DNA of 59,976 nucleotides from NCBI GenBank assembly GCA_902796155.1, contig CADBNZ010000051.1:1-59976 (forward strand), read 5' to 3'. Shown piece by piece: positions 28,211-38,552 of this stretch. The DNA comes from an uncultured Pseudomonadota bacterium. Its GTDB lineage: Bacteria > Pseudomonadota > Alphaproteobacteria > UBA3830. The notes beneath the pieces are model-generated. The model was not told the origin of the DNA and searched no databases. It saw nothing but the letters and a program-made list of their open reading frames with translations. A program made the translations under genes and the position numbers. The number at the start of each line of letters is the position of its first letter. The stretch's first letter is position 1.

Positions 28211-29515
28211 TTAGTATTTTTTACAAAGACAGTAAAACGGAACACTTACTAAAAATGTCATTGTGCTGATAAAGATTAGCTTTTCTCCTGAACCGAATAT
28301 TGCGACAAACGTGTATATTATAGAAACGCATCCCACGATCGGTAGCAGTATTTTCTCTGCAATTGTCAGCGTTTCCTTTTTCATAATGGCGAGATAACAA
28401 AAGGCGATTGCCGAGTAAAAATACGGCAACAACATCGCGAGAACCGAAACATCAATCAATAATTCTGTTAAATGCACCAAAGACGGCTGATAAGTAGCTA
28501 AAAATACAATAGCCATGAAGAGGCTTCCGATCCATACACCAGTAGGAGCTCCATTTTTATTTGTTTGCGCGAAATATTTAGGGAAAAGGCCTTCTTTGGC
28601 AGCTGCATATGGAACTTGTCCCTGAATTAAAATCCATCCGTTTAACGACCCATATATTCCGATGATTCCCGTAACAATCATTGCTACGGTTCCCCACTCT
28701 CCGAAGATTTTTTTTGCCGCGTCAACATACGGAGCTTTTGAAACAAGCAGTTCTGCTTGAGGAATCATTCCAGAAATAACGACCGCGCCGCATATATAAA
28801 CAAATGCTGTGAGCAATACTCCGTTTACGGTTGCGAGTGGAATGGTTCTTTTTGGATTTTTCACATTTCCTGCCGGTATAGTTGCGGATTCTAATCCTAT
28901 AAACGCCCACAGCAGTACTGAAGACATTGCTCCAAGCGACGATATCGCCGAATCGGCATTTATCGAATGGAAATCAAACACCTTTGAGAAATTCACAAAG
29001 AAAATTCCGAAAAAAGCCACAATGACTAGGGGCAGAATCTTAATAACTAGGATTATGACCTCAAAAAATGTAGATTCTTTCATCCCCAGCGTATTTATAA
29101 AGGTAAATAACGCAATAACTGCCAATCCGAACGTTATTGCAAAAGTTTGGTTAGCAATTAAATCAGGGCAGAAAATCGACATGTACTGCATACCACCGAC
29201 CAATAACGACACGCTTCCGCACCATGAGCTTATCCAATATCCCCATGCCATTTGGAATCCCACAAAATCGCCGAAAACATGCCGCGCAAAAGTGTATGGA
29301 CCGCCTGCTCTCGGTATCCACATGCTTAATTTAGAAAAAACAAGAGCAAGAGCAAGAGCGCCAATGGTCGTTAGTATCCATCCGATTATCGACATATTTC
29401 CGTAAGGTGCCAATATCGCAGGCGCAAGCAATACGCCCGATCCGATCATATTTCCGGCAACAAGTGAAGTCGCTCTAATAAGACCGATTTTATTATTATC
29501 ATCATCTTGATTCAT
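28211..29515 (-). CDS. APC-family amino acid/polyamine antiporter (PotE/CadB/AdiC-like)
   Basis: GNMIGSGV, AGGPYTF, LWAFIGLESAT, VKNPKRTIPLAT; about 12 TM segments. Confidence 0.9.
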   Translation of the reverse strand: MNQDDDNNKIGLIRATSLVAGNMIGSGVLLAPAILAPYGNMSIIGWILTTIGALALALVFSKLSMWIPRAGGPYTFARHVFGDFVGFQMAWGYWISSWCGSVSLLVGGMQYMSIFCPDLIANQTFAITFGLAVIALFTFINTLGMKESTFFEVIILVIKILPLVIVAFFGIFFVNFSKVFDFHSINADSAISSLGAMSSVLLWAFIGLESATIPAGNVKNPKRTIPLATVNGVLLTAFVYICGAVVISGMIPQAELLVSKAPYVDAAKKIFGEWGTVAMIVTGIIGIYGSLNGWILIQGQVPYAAAKEGLFPKYFAQTNKNGAPTGVWIGSLFMAIVFLATYQPSLVHLTELLIDVSVLAMLLPYFYSAIAFCYLAIMKKETLTIAEKILLPIVGCVSIIYTFVAIFGSGEKLIFISTMTFLVSVPFYCLCKKY

Positions 29516-29720
29516 GTTTCACTCCAATATCTGCTCTTCGTTTTTCAAGAGTATTTCGCTTCTTCACAATTTCTTTGTACGAAAAAGACTCGCAATTTAT
29601 ATCAGGAAGCTCGGGAGTATCGTACAGCGAGCAGGCAACAAACGCGAAAAAAATGAAAAAAATCACAAATTTTTGCGCAAATGTTTTTAAGATTTCGATG
29701 AACCTCGATTTATTCATCAA
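29502..29720 (-). CDS. Small putative lipoprotein
   Basis: Overlaps both neighbours in the operon; hydrophobic stretch ending FVAC (lipobox-like). Confidence 0.5.
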   Translation of the reverse strand: MMNKSRFIEILKTFAQKFVIFFIFFAFVACSLYDTPELPDINCESFSYKEIVKKRNTLEKRRADIGVKHESR

Positions 29721-30870
29721 TCTTGCTCACAGATTTTATAACAGTTAATAAACGAGTTTTCAAGGACTCTATTTTCGAGGAAGAAGGCTTTTCTATGTAG
29801 CATTTTTTTCTTATTTCCTCTATTGGGTATATATCTTTATTCTTTAGCAGTTCTTTATCAACAAATTTTGCGGCAGCCACGACTGCATTTGCTCTTGATG
29901 TGCAGTTTGTAACGTACGCAATTACTCGCGGATTGAAAATAAATTTGAAGAATGCATAGGCATTTTTTACGTGTTTCGCATTAATTGGGATAGCTGCAAC
30001 ATCAACCCACAAAGACGCGCCTTCTTTCGGGAAAATAAATTTTATGTTTGATTTTTTATTAGTCGTGCTCAATTTCAAGATATCTCCCGAAGTGCTCAGA
30101 ACTGCGCAAGCGTTCTCCGAAGCCAAATCTTCGAATCCATAGGCGGTAAATTTGGATATATACGGGCGAATTTTCTTTAACTGTTCCGCCCCCTTAATTA
30201 TGTCTTTTTCATCTTCGCTTTCAGGATTTAGGCCAAGATATGCCAAGACAGCGGGAAACAATTCATCAGGCGATTCATATAATGATATGCGGTATTTACT
30301 AAGTTTTTCTGCGAAGATCGGATTGAACAACAGAGCATAGCTATCTGTCGGAGCGTCTTTTGCAAGCGACGCAACTACATCTGCGTTTATTCCTATGCCC
30401 GATATACCAAATTGATAAGGAACGGCGTGTTGATTGTCGATATCGTATTTTGCCAGCCGATTCATGATATCTTTATCGAAAATTTCGCAATTAATTTTCG
30501 TTTTATCCAGTTTTTGGTATATTCCTGCGTTAAGTTGCCTCGAAAAATGCGGCCAAGCCGTCGGAAAAACAATATCGTATTGCGCTCCCCCCGCCAATAA
30601 TTTCGCTTCCAAAATCTCATTTGAATCAAAAATATCGACAATAACTCTAACGCCGCTTAATTTTTCGAATAATTCAATTAATTCATACGGTATATAATCG
30701 ATCCCAACGTCTATATACAGTATTTTTTCATCATCTAAATCTTTGAAATCTTCTTTAGATAAGTTTTTGTATAGTTCCGCACAAGATTCATTAACGACAA
30801 CATCACCATTTTGAAAATAGAAACCGTAAGCAACAAATATAGCTATAATAAGAGCGAGTACTTTCTTCAT
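29710..30870 (-). CDS. potF: Polyamine ABC transporter substrate-binding protein (PotF/PotD)
   Basis: DIFDSNEILEAKLLAGGAQYDIVFPT, PKEGASLWVDVAAIP, NAYAF. Confidence 0.8.
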   Translation of the reverse strand: MKKVLALIIAIFVAYGFYFQNGDVVVNESCAELYKNLSKEDFKDLDDEKILYIDVGIDYIPYELIELFEKLSGVRVIVDIFDSNEILEAKLLAGGAQYDIVFPTAWPHFSRQLNAGIYQKLDKTKINCEIFDKDIMNRLAKYDIDNQHAVPYQFGISGIGINADVVASLAKDAPTDSYALLFNPIFAEKLSKYRISLYESPDELFPAVLAYLGLNPESEDEKDIIKGAEQLKKIRPYISKFTAYGFEDLASENACAVLSTSGDILKLSTTNKKSNIKFIFPKEGASLWVDVAAIPINAKHVKNAYAFFKFIFNPRVIAYVTNCTSRANAVVAAAKFVDKELLKNKDIYPIEEIRKKCYIEKPSSSKIESLKTRLLTVIKSVSKIDE

Positions 30871-31760
30871 TTCTTTTTCGGTGTATCTTTTTGCGAAGGT
30901 TGCGGCTGAACATTGTCGCTTTTGCCGGCACTTTCATTTTGGTCATTCTGTTCATTCAGTGCTAGTTCTTGAATTTTTCGTTGCTTGTAGCAATAAGCTC
31001 CATAAGGAATCAACGCAATGTATACGAATGTCAGGCAACTTAAAGTAACCCAAGGCGTTGTTATCATGCATATTATTATGAGGCTGATTATGACCAATTC
31101 AGGTGATGCGAAACCTCCTTTAAATTCAATCATTTTTGATGAAAAACTCTTTACTCTGCTAATCATCATAATTCCCGAAAATAATGCGCATAACGAAACG
31201 AAAAACGGATTTAAAAATGCAAGATTATCAGTTGAAAAATAAAGAATCATCGGAAACAGCGCGATAACCGCGCCAGCAGGAGCCGGAACTCCCGTAAAAT
31301 ATTTTTTCATCCACGCTGGTTGCTCTTCGTTCAATATCAAAACCGCATTAAATCGGGCCAATCTCAGAGCGCAGCATATAGCGAAGAACATGCAAATCCC
31401 CCATCCGAGCCCTTCCATGAAATACAAGACTCTGAGGAAAATCAGAAGAGCCGGAGCAACGCCGAAACAAACCAAATCCGAAAGCGAGTCGAGTTCTGCA
31501 CCGAACTGAGACGAATGCCCTATCATGCGAGCAACACGTCCATCAAAAGAATCAAGCAATGCAGATATCAACACGCATGCAACTGCCATCTCCCATTTAT
31601 GAAACAGAGCAAACCTTACCGCAGTTAATCCAAAGCAAAAAGAGGCTATTGTTATTATGTTAGGAAGCATTTTCATAGCGGAACTCTTTTGTCTGATACT
31701 TATCCTTCTAATATTAATATCATTTCTATTATCGCTATCGCTTTCGACTTCTTCTTTCAT
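30867..31760 (-). CDS. pssA: CDP-diacylglycerol--serine O-phosphatidyltransferase
   Basis: DSFDGRVAR...SQFGAELDSLSDLVCFGVAPA, LRLARFN, FTGVPAPAGA; adjacent to psd. Confidence 0.93.
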   Translation of the reverse strand: MKEEVESDSDNRNDINIRRISIRQKSSAMKMLPNIITIASFCFGLTAVRFALFHKWEMAVACVLISALLDSFDGRVARMIGHSSQFGAELDSLSDLVCFGVAPALLIFLRVLYFMEGLGWGICMFFAICCALRLARFNAVLILNEEQPAWMKKYFTGVPAPAGAVIALFPMILYFSTDNLAFLNPFFVSLCALFSGIMMISRVKSFSSKMIEFKGGFASPELVIISLIIICMITTPWVTLSCLTFVYIALIPYGAYCYKQRKIQELALNEQNDQNESAGKSDNVQPQPSQKDTPKKK

Positions 31761-31882
31761 GAAATCACCCTTTGCACACAACAAACAACAAATAAAACAA
31801 AAACTAACAAATTCTCATCACAAACAAGGCTTAAAGAACCTTCGAAATCGCAAAAACGCTATTCCAGACTCTATAATACCAA

Positions 31883-32533
31883 CTATGCTTTGAAACTTGC
31901 AAGGATTGTCTCACCTGCGACCGCCACTTGCCCATCTTCTACGCAAATTTTTACGTAGTTCGGAAGATACACATCAACACGACTTCCAAAACGAATGATG
32001 CCTACGCGATCTCCCATCTCCAATTGCTGACCTTCCGTAATATCACATCTGATTCTGCGCGCGATAAGCCCTGCGATCTGGACGAAAACAACTTTTGTAT
32101 CATCCGGCATGGTCATATATGTGGCTTGACGTTCGTTGTACTCACTTGCTTTATCTAAAGAAACATTGAAAAACTTACCGGGAATATAAAGAATTTTATC
32201 GACTACACCCGAAACCGGGGCTCTGTTTACGTGAACATTGAGGATACTCATAAAAATGCTGACTTTTTTCCAAGTACCGCTAAGTTCTAACTCTGCAGGA
32301 GGTTCACACTCAGAAACTCTGAGAATAATACCGTCCGCAGGACTTATGGCAACCGTTTTTGAAGATGGATGCACACGCTCAGGGTCTCTGAAAAACAGAA
32401 GACAGCCAATAGTCGCAAGAAAACCGAGCCAGCCCATGTTGTTACCTATATGACCGAGCAAAATTGCTATAACAGCGGCAACTCCTGCGAACTTCCATCC
32501 ATCGCGATCAAAAGGCAGTCTGATATTCTTCAT
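31883..32533 (-). CDS. psd: Phosphatidylserine decarboxylase proenzyme
   Basis: FFRDPER, SPADG, NVHVNRAP, QIAGLIARRI, IRFGSRVD self-cleavage motif. Confidence 0.95.
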   Translation of the reverse strand: MKNIRLPFDRDGWKFAGVAAVIAILLGHIGNNMGWLGFLATIGCLLFFRDPERVHPSSKTVAISPADGIILRVSECEPPAELELSGTWKKVSIFMSILNVHVNRAPVSGVVDKILYIPGKFFNVSLDKASEYNERQATYMTMPDDTKVVFVQIAGLIARRIRCDITEGQQLEMGDRVGIIRFGSRVDVYLPNYVKICVEDGQVAVAGETILASFKA

Positions 32534-32608
32534 AAAAGTATTCCTTATTTCCTTACGGTCAGTCGAGGGATTATAGCTTTATTACGAGCTCATTGCAAAT
32601 TTATGTGA

Positions 32609-32641
32609 AATAACCCTGAATTTACTGTTCTCAGGGTTATT
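32609..32641. terminator. Putative terminator hairpin
   Basis: AATAACCCTGA / TCAGGGTTATT downstream of the 32678..33088 gene. Confidence 0.55.
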
Positions 32642-32677
32642 CTCTTCTTTTTTTTTGTTATACATTTGTATAGCGTT

Positions 32678-33088
32678 CTATTCATCAGGCGATCTGTTCA
32701 CAATTTTTTTTTCAGCCTGCCTGGTCATGTTTTTTATTTGATTTAACTTTCCTTTTTGTGTGTTCGGAGACCAAGCTGCTGCCGATTTGATAGATGAAAC
32801 TAAATGCGCCGCCGATTCATCACCATGACCAGCTTCTTGAACCTGCTCGAGATAATTAACAACTATAGTTAAGTCTACCCCTAACCTCTGTATAGAACTT
32901 TTTTTCAAATTGGTTTCTTGTATTCGATCAATAGCATTCAATGCTTGTGTTTTACTTGTACCCCTTTCGTTTTCCTCAGTCGCGCCATCAGGCTGCTTTA
33001 ACGAGTCATGATCGTACGACATCGCTCCTACTGTATCACAGCTAAAAGCAAAAAATGCTCCACAAAGTGCTAAGTAATAAACTCTCAT
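32678..33088 (-). CDS. Hypothetical secreted protein
   Basis: GGAG SD, signal peptide MRVYYLALCGAFFAFSCDTVGA. Confidence 0.72.
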   Translation of the reverse strand: MRVYYLALCGAFFAFSCDTVGAMSYDHDSLKQPDGATEENERGTSKTQALNAIDRIQETNLKKSSIQRLGVDLTIVVNYLEQVQEAGHGDESAAHLVSSIKSAAAWSPNTQKGKLNQIKNMTRQAEKKIVNRSPDE

Positions 33089-33288
33089 TTTTCAAAACTC
33101 CACAACAATATAACTAACTGAAAGAAAACATAGTATGCAATTGATGCAAAATAAATATAAAATTTAATAAATTTAACAAAAAATGTTAAAAATCGAAAAA
33201 ATAAAAGATACATACCCCACGGATTGACTGTTTTTTTAATATCTCATACTATTGCACTGTAATTTTTTCTACATTATTGGGTGGTACT

Positions 33289-34566
33289 ATGAAAAAAACA
33301 GTTTTTATTTCCGCTTTTACGTTGATGACTTCTTTTAATTCCGCACACTGTGAACCAGAAACTCAATATGAGTTGGACACACCTCCGTCAGAAGTTGTTG
33401 AAACTCCTGCAGAAAGCAATTCAAAAATAAAAGACAGCATAACTTTAAGTTCGGCTTATTTTGAGAGCCAATATACCAACAAGCAGCTTGCGAATTTCGG
33501 TCTGGAAGTTGTCAGAGGAATGGCAAGATTAGAGGACTTTATCGCAAGCAACTTCGATAATGAAGAAAGAAACGCCGCAAAATGGTGCGCTCGTGCGCTC
33601 TATATACTATTCATACACAGGGCATTCAATACCGCATACCACGAAATAGGTCACGGATTGCGAGTAAAAGCCTACGGAAAAGATTTTCAGCTTGCAGAAT
33701 ACAATGACCATGGTGCATTCAAGAAAGATCAGAATTTCTTCAAATTTTTCGTTAAGAAAATTGGTAATTTTTCGAGAGCATCTTGCCGTCATGAAACGGG
33801 TTTGACGGACGAAGAGGAGCTAGTTATTTCTGCAGGTGGAATGAACAACGAAACATACATGGCAGAAAGAATAAGCAGAGATTTCCATGACAGAGGCCGT
33901 TTGAGTTTTGCCGAATCTTTTGCTTATTTCTACGGAAAATTATCGCCTGTCGCTTATGCGTTGTCCAAAAACAGCAAAAACGAGGCAGCAGACGCACTTA
34001 GCGGTGATGATCCTGTCGCTGTCGGCGGTTACTACAAAAGGCTTGGCATATCTGCCACCAAAAACGATATAGCACTCGGCGGACTGGTATCTACTTTGCT
34101 CAGCGGAACGACTTATTCCATCATAAAGTCGGCGTTTTCTCCTGATAAATACGCAACGCCTATTTCTTTCTATAATTTTCAGGCGCCGGATGTATTTTCG
34201 TACGTGACTTCAAAGGGTATATCGTACAGACTTGTTAGTGCCTACAAATATCAGGATAATTTGAAATTTTTGTTCGGAGCAGAGCACGTATTTCATGGAA
34301 AATCGACCACTGAAGTTCATTTGGGAGTGGATACCACGCTCGACAGCTCCTTCTATAATACCAATTTGAAAGTCGTAACAACTTTCTGCAACGGATTCAG
34401 CGTTGAAGCCGCTTGTTCTATTCCTGTAATAGATCGCCTGTCCATAAACGTTGAGGCAGGAACATATTCCTGCAAAAGCATGCTCGGCGAGCGCCATTCA
34501 AAGAGCATGAAGAACGGAAAAGGACGCAGCAGCGACATCGCTGTATTTATTTCTTATAGGTATTAG
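33289..34566 (+). CDS. Hypothetical exported protein with HExxH motif and beta-strand-rich C-terminus
   Basis: Signal peptide MKKTVFISAFTL...AHC, AYHEIGHG, ISAGGMNNE, C-terminal VFISYRY. Confidence 0.7.
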   Translation: MKKTVFISAFTLMTSFNSAHCEPETQYELDTPPSEVVETPAESNSKIKDSITLSSAYFESQYTNKQLANFGLEVVRGMARLEDFIASNFDNEERNAAKWCARALYILFIHRAFNTAYHEIGHGLRVKAYGKDFQLAEYNDHGAFKKDQNFFKFFVKKIGNFSRASCRHETGLTDEEELVISAGGMNNETYMAERISRDFHDRGRLSFAESFAYFYGKLSPVAYALSKNSKNEAADALSGDDPVAVGGYYKRLGISATKNDIALGGLVSTLLSGTTYSIIKSAFSPDKYATPISFYNFQAPDVFSYVTSKGISYRLVSAYKYQDNLKFLFGAEHVFHGKSTTEVHLGVDTTLDSSFYNTNLKVVTTFCNGFSVEAACSIPVIDRLSINVEAGTYSCKSMLGERHSKSMKNGKGRSSDIAVFISYRY

Positions 34567-34609
34567 TTTTTTAAATGACTTTATGAATGCAAGTCAGAGA
34601 TGGCTAAAC

Positions 34610-35314
34610 TTATATAATCGCATGTTCTTTCATGGAGAAAACGTTATGTTTTCCGATAATAAGATGATCTAACAGCACAATATCGAGCTTTGACGTAACG
34701 TCATTTAATGCCCTTGTCATTATTATATCCTGGCGCGACGGATGAGGATCGCCACTTGGATGGTTATGCACCATGATAATTGCCGCTGCTCCAAGCTCAA
34801 ACGCTCTTTGCACAATAGTTCTCGGATAAATCGCCGTTTGATTTATGGTACCTTCCTGTAAAATCTCGTCTGCTATCAGCAAATTTTTGCTATTCAAAAA
34901 CATAATTCTCAGCTGCTCATGCTTCATATTGAAGAAAATGTTCTTATAGTAATCGATTACCTCCGAGCTAGAAGCAATAACCGTTGTTTTCCTCACATCA
35001 TCAAGACTGGCTCGAACAAACATCTCGCGAAGAACGGAAAGCAAAATAACGCAAGATTTCCCAGCTCCTTCTATATTTTCCAGAGCAGCTTTTTCCGAAA
35101 AAACCAAATTACGAACCGTCCCAAAATGCGCCATAAATCTTTTCGCAAGCTCGCTCGTATTTTTTCTCGGAAAAACGAAATAGAGCAACATCTCTACCAA
35201 TTCGTAGTCAGAAAGAGAAGCCGGACATGAAACTAAACGCTTGCGCATTCTTTCACGATGTCCAAGATAATGCGGCTTTTTAATCGTCTTTTGCTTCGGT
35301 TCTTTCATTCCCAT
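34610..35314 (-). CDS. radC: RadC family JAB-domain protein
   Basis: GHRERMR, LSDYELVE, HNHPSGDPHPSRQD, LLDHLII. Confidence 0.93.
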   Translation of the reverse strand: MGMKEPKQKTIKKPHYLGHRERMRKRLVSCPASLSDYELVEMLLYFVFPRKNTSELAKRFMAHFGTVRNLVFSEKAALENIEGAGKSCVILLSVLREMFVRASLDDVRKTTVIASSSEVIDYYKNIFFNMKHEQLRIMFLNSKNLLIADEILQEGTINQTAIYPRTIVQRAFELGAAAIIMVHNHPSGDPHPSRQDIIMTRALNDVTSKLDIVLLDHLIIGKHNVFSMKEHAII

Positions 35315-35334
35315 TTTTTCTTACGCTTTATTTT

Positions 35335-36129
35335 TTATTTATTATAAGGCGGCTTTGTTTTTCCTTCTCTAGATAAAGTAAAAATTTCGTATCCGTCTTC
35401 AGTCACACCGATTGTATGTTCGAATTGAGCTGAAAGAGAATGATCCGCGGTTATTGCTGTCCAACCGTCACCGAGAACTTTCGTTTTGTAGCCTCCAACG
35501 TTAATCATAGGTTCTATTGTGAAAACATTTCCGGGAACCAGTTGTACTCCTGTTTTCGGCTTCCCATAATGCAAAACAGCTGGATCATCATGAAATACCC
35601 GTCCTGTTCCATGACCGCAGTAGTCGCGCACAACCGAAAACTTTCGTTCTTCCGCAAAACTTTGGATTGCGTGACCGATATCTCCTAAAAACACCCCAGG
35701 TTTTACCATCTCTATAGCAAGCATCATGGATTGGTATGTTACGTCAATTAATTCCATGGCTTTTGGAGATGCCTTTCCGACAATATACATGCGGCTTGTG
35801 TCTCCATACCAACCATCCAGAATAACTGTAACATCAATGTTGAGAATATCACCGTTTCTGAGTTTCCTATCTGAAGGAATTCCATGACATACAACATGAT
35901 TTAAAGAAATGCATGTTGATTTTGGATATCCGTTGTATCCTAAAGGCGCGGGAATTGCGTTGTGCTTAATGATTTCATTATGGCACAAGGTATCCAGCTC
36001 TAACGTCGTAATGCCCGCCTCAACGTATGGAGTTATGTAGTCCAAAATATGCGCAGCAAGATCGCCAGCTTTGCGCAAACCAACGAAATCTTCTTTTGAA
36101 TAAACCCTGCAGCTACCATTTCTCGACAA
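35335..36129 (-). CDS. map: Methionine aminopeptidase type I
   Basis: VVCHGIP, NIDVT, GDTSRM, YCGHG, FTIEPMIN, SAQFEHT. Confidence 0.97.
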   Translation of the reverse strand: MSRNGSCRVYSKEDFVGLRKAGDLAAHILDYITPYVEAGITTLELDTLCHNEIIKHNAIPAPLGYNGYPKSTCISLNHVVCHGIPSDRKLRNGDILNIDVTVILDGWYGDTSRMYIVGKASPKAMELIDVTYQSMMLAIEMVKPGVFLGDIGHAIQSFAEERKFSVVRDYCGHGTGRVFHDDPAVLHYGKPKTGVQLVPGNVFTIEPMINVGGYKTKVLGDGWTAITADHSLSAQFEHTIGVTEDGYEIFTLSREGKTKPPYNK

Positions 36130-36261
36130 GTATCAATCTCCTAATTGCTCCTGTATTAAATACAATCATATCACGTTGACTCGATTTATTGAATTTTTCA
36201 ACGATTTTTTATATGTAAAAACCGACATATGAAGATTCTGAAATACAGTAAGAAATTTTTT

Positions 36262-37533
36262 TCACCCTATTACAGTAGAAAATTCTGAAGTCTCTATTCT
36301 TTTCCTCTTCCTATACACTCGTACTACAACGATTAAGCATATAAGAGCGCTGAGTGACATGTACATTCCAGGGCCAAAGAGCAATTTCATATGTCCTGTG
36401 AGAAATTCGTTCACGATTAATGCGCTCCCTCCGAAAATAGCCGTTGTTATTGACCATGCGAAACTTGTTCCGCTATATTTTGTTCCCGTTTTAAAGTAAG
36501 ACGTCAGAATCGTAAATGCCGTAGCTGAAACAATTGCGTCAATTGATCCATAAACCAGCTGTCCGATTAAAACAAATCGAAAATCGCCCGTAGTTGCAAG
36601 ATGCATAATAAGCGGACTGAGCGTAAGTGCAGCAAACAGTCCAAGAAAACACAACTTATGTCCATTCGTGCGATCTGCAATAGTAGCCAATATCGGAATC
36701 AGTAAAGTATTCAATCCAACGCCGATAGTTATCGCTAGAGCCGCTTGTTCAGGGGCAATTCCACCAACGTTTACTGTAACGGTTCTGTAATATATGTTTC
36801 CTGTGTACACATAAACAGATACAAACATCGATAGAGCGGCAGCGCATAGTAATCCCGGCCTATTGTGCTTCCACGCGGCAATTAACGGCACTTTAAACAG
36901 CGACTTGGACTCTTTTGCGATGCGAAAATCTTCAGTTTCCTCCATATCTTTGCGTAAATATATAGCAACAATAGCCAAAACCGAGCTCAACAAAAACGGC
37001 ACACGCCACAGGTTAGCATAATTCAGAGTAGAAACGATGGTCGCCATGAGTGCGCCAAAGGCCATTCCCGTTGAAGACGCAAATGATGTCCATGAGCCAG
37101 CAAGAAACGGTCGCCTTTTGTCGTATTCCGTGAGCAAAACTGTAGCGCCGTTAAATTCTCCCCCGACAGCGAACCCTTGAATCATTCGAAACAACACCAA
37201 AAGAACAGACGACGTTGCTCCTATCGCCTCATAAGTAGGCAGAACTCCTATAGCAAAAGTCGCTGCAGCCATAAGCAATAGAGACGCTATCATAGGAGGC
37301 TTTCGCCCGTATCGATCACCTATATGTCCAAAGAAAATCGCCCCCGCAGGACGCATAAGATAGCTTGCGGCAAACACTCCGTAAATTTTTAAGCGCGCAA
37401 AATCAGGATCATCCGCCGGGAAAAATATACGAGATAAATAATCCGCCATGTACGCAAAAAACGTAAACTCCGCCCACTCGAGCAACGTCCCGAAACTGAC
37501 CACAAAAATCCCCTTCTTCAGATTCATTTTCAT
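36262..37533 (-). CDS. MFS transporter, MHS/ProP-like
   Basis: GTLLEW, GHIGDRYGRK, RMIQGFAVGGE, WRVPF, EETEDF. Confidence 0.9.
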   Translation of the reverse strand: MKMNLKKGIFVVSFGTLLEWAEFTFFAYMADYLSRIFFPADDPDFARLKIYGVFAASYLMRPAGAIFFGHIGDRYGRKPPMIASLLLMAAATFAIGVLPTYEAIGATSSVLLVLFRMIQGFAVGGEFNGATVLLTEYDKRRPFLAGSWTSFASSTGMAFGALMATIVSTLNYANLWRVPFLLSSVLAIVAIYLRKDMEETEDFRIAKESKSLFKVPLIAAWKHNRPGLLCAAALSMFVSVYVYTGNIYYRTVTVNVGGIAPEQAALAITIGVGLNTLLIPILATIADRTNGHKLCFLGLFAALTLSPLIMHLATTGDFRFVLIGQLVYGSIDAIVSATAFTILTSYFKTGTKYSGTSFAWSITTAIFGGSALIVNEFLTGHMKLLFGPGMYMSLSALICLIVVVRVYRKRKRIETSEFSTVIG

Positions 37534-37585
37534 GTCTCCTTATTTTTAATAAAAATTCTTCATCAAAAACGGCCTGAATTTAGCA

Positions 37586-38539
37586 TTAACACTGAGGCTG
37601 TTCTATCTTGACATTTAATTTATTAAAGAGATTACTGTCGCTTCCTTCTTCTACGTTGTTCACCGTGAGTAATTTCTCTCCGGAAAACAGCGCATTGGCA
37701 CCGGCAAACATGCACAGAGCCTGAGTTGACTCGGAAAGGGTATTGCGTCCTGCTGCTATTTTGACGTAAGACTTCGGCATAAGAATGCGAGCAAGAGCAA
37801 TCAATCGCACAAAATCGAAATCGTCTATAGGATGGGAGTCATCAACTCGTGTTCCAGGAATTTTGACGAGTTTGTTTATAGGAACGCAGCGTGGAGGAGC
37901 CTTCAAATTCGCCAGTAAAACCAGCATTTTTACCTGATCTTCGTTTGTTTCGCCCATTCCAACAATGCCGCCTGAACAAACATTTATGTCTGCCGCTTGC
38001 ACTATTTCAATGGTTTTTATGCGGTCATCTATTGTACGAGTCGAAACGATGTTTTTATAAAATTCCGGTGATGTATCTACGTTGTGATTGTAATAATCAA
38101 GCCCTGATTCTTTGAGTCTTTTCGCCTGATGTTCCGTTAAAAATCCGATAGTAACGCATGTTTCAAGTCCCAGAGCATGCACTTCTCGAACCATTTCGCA
38201 TATTTTCTCAAATTCCTGCTCTTGTGCAAGACAACGGCCTGATGTGCTCATGCAGAAACGACTTGCGCCACGCGCTTTTGCTCTTTTCGCGGCATTTACC
38301 ACTGTTTCAAGGTCTAACATAGGCTGTTTTGGTGCTTTCGTACCATTTTTTGCAGATTGAGCGCAGTAAGCGCAGTCTTCGGAACATCCGCCAGTTCGTA
38401 CGCTCAAAATATCGCTGATTTGGACGGTTTGCTCATCAAAATTTTTGATATGAACATCGTGAGCCATCCTCAGTAACTTGAAAAAAGGATAGTTGAAGAT
38501 CGCAAAAGCCTCTTCAAAAGTCGTACTATTATTGGACAT
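37586..38539 (-). CDS. bioB: Biotin synthase
   Basis: CSEDCAYC radical SAM motif, YNHNVDTS, VCSGGIVGMGE, VPINKL, AGAN..GEKLLT; AGGAG SD before ATG 38539. Confidence 0.94.
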   Translation of the reverse strand: MSNNSTTFEEAFAIFNYPFFKLLRMAHDVHIKNFDEQTVQISDILSVRTGGCSEDCAYCAQSAKNGTKAPKQPMLDLETVVNAAKRAKARGASRFCMSTSGRCLAQEQEFEKICEMVREVHALGLETCVTIGFLTEHQAKRLKESGLDYYNHNVDTSPEFYKNIVSTRTIDDRIKTIEIVQAADINVCSGGIVGMGETNEDQVKMLVLLANLKAPPRCVPINKLVKIPGTRVDDSHPIDDFDFVRLIALARILMPKSYVKIAAGRNTLSESTQALCMFAGANALFSGEKLLTVNNVEEGSDSNLFNKLNVKIEQPQC

Positions 38540-38552
38540 AACGCACTCCTTC

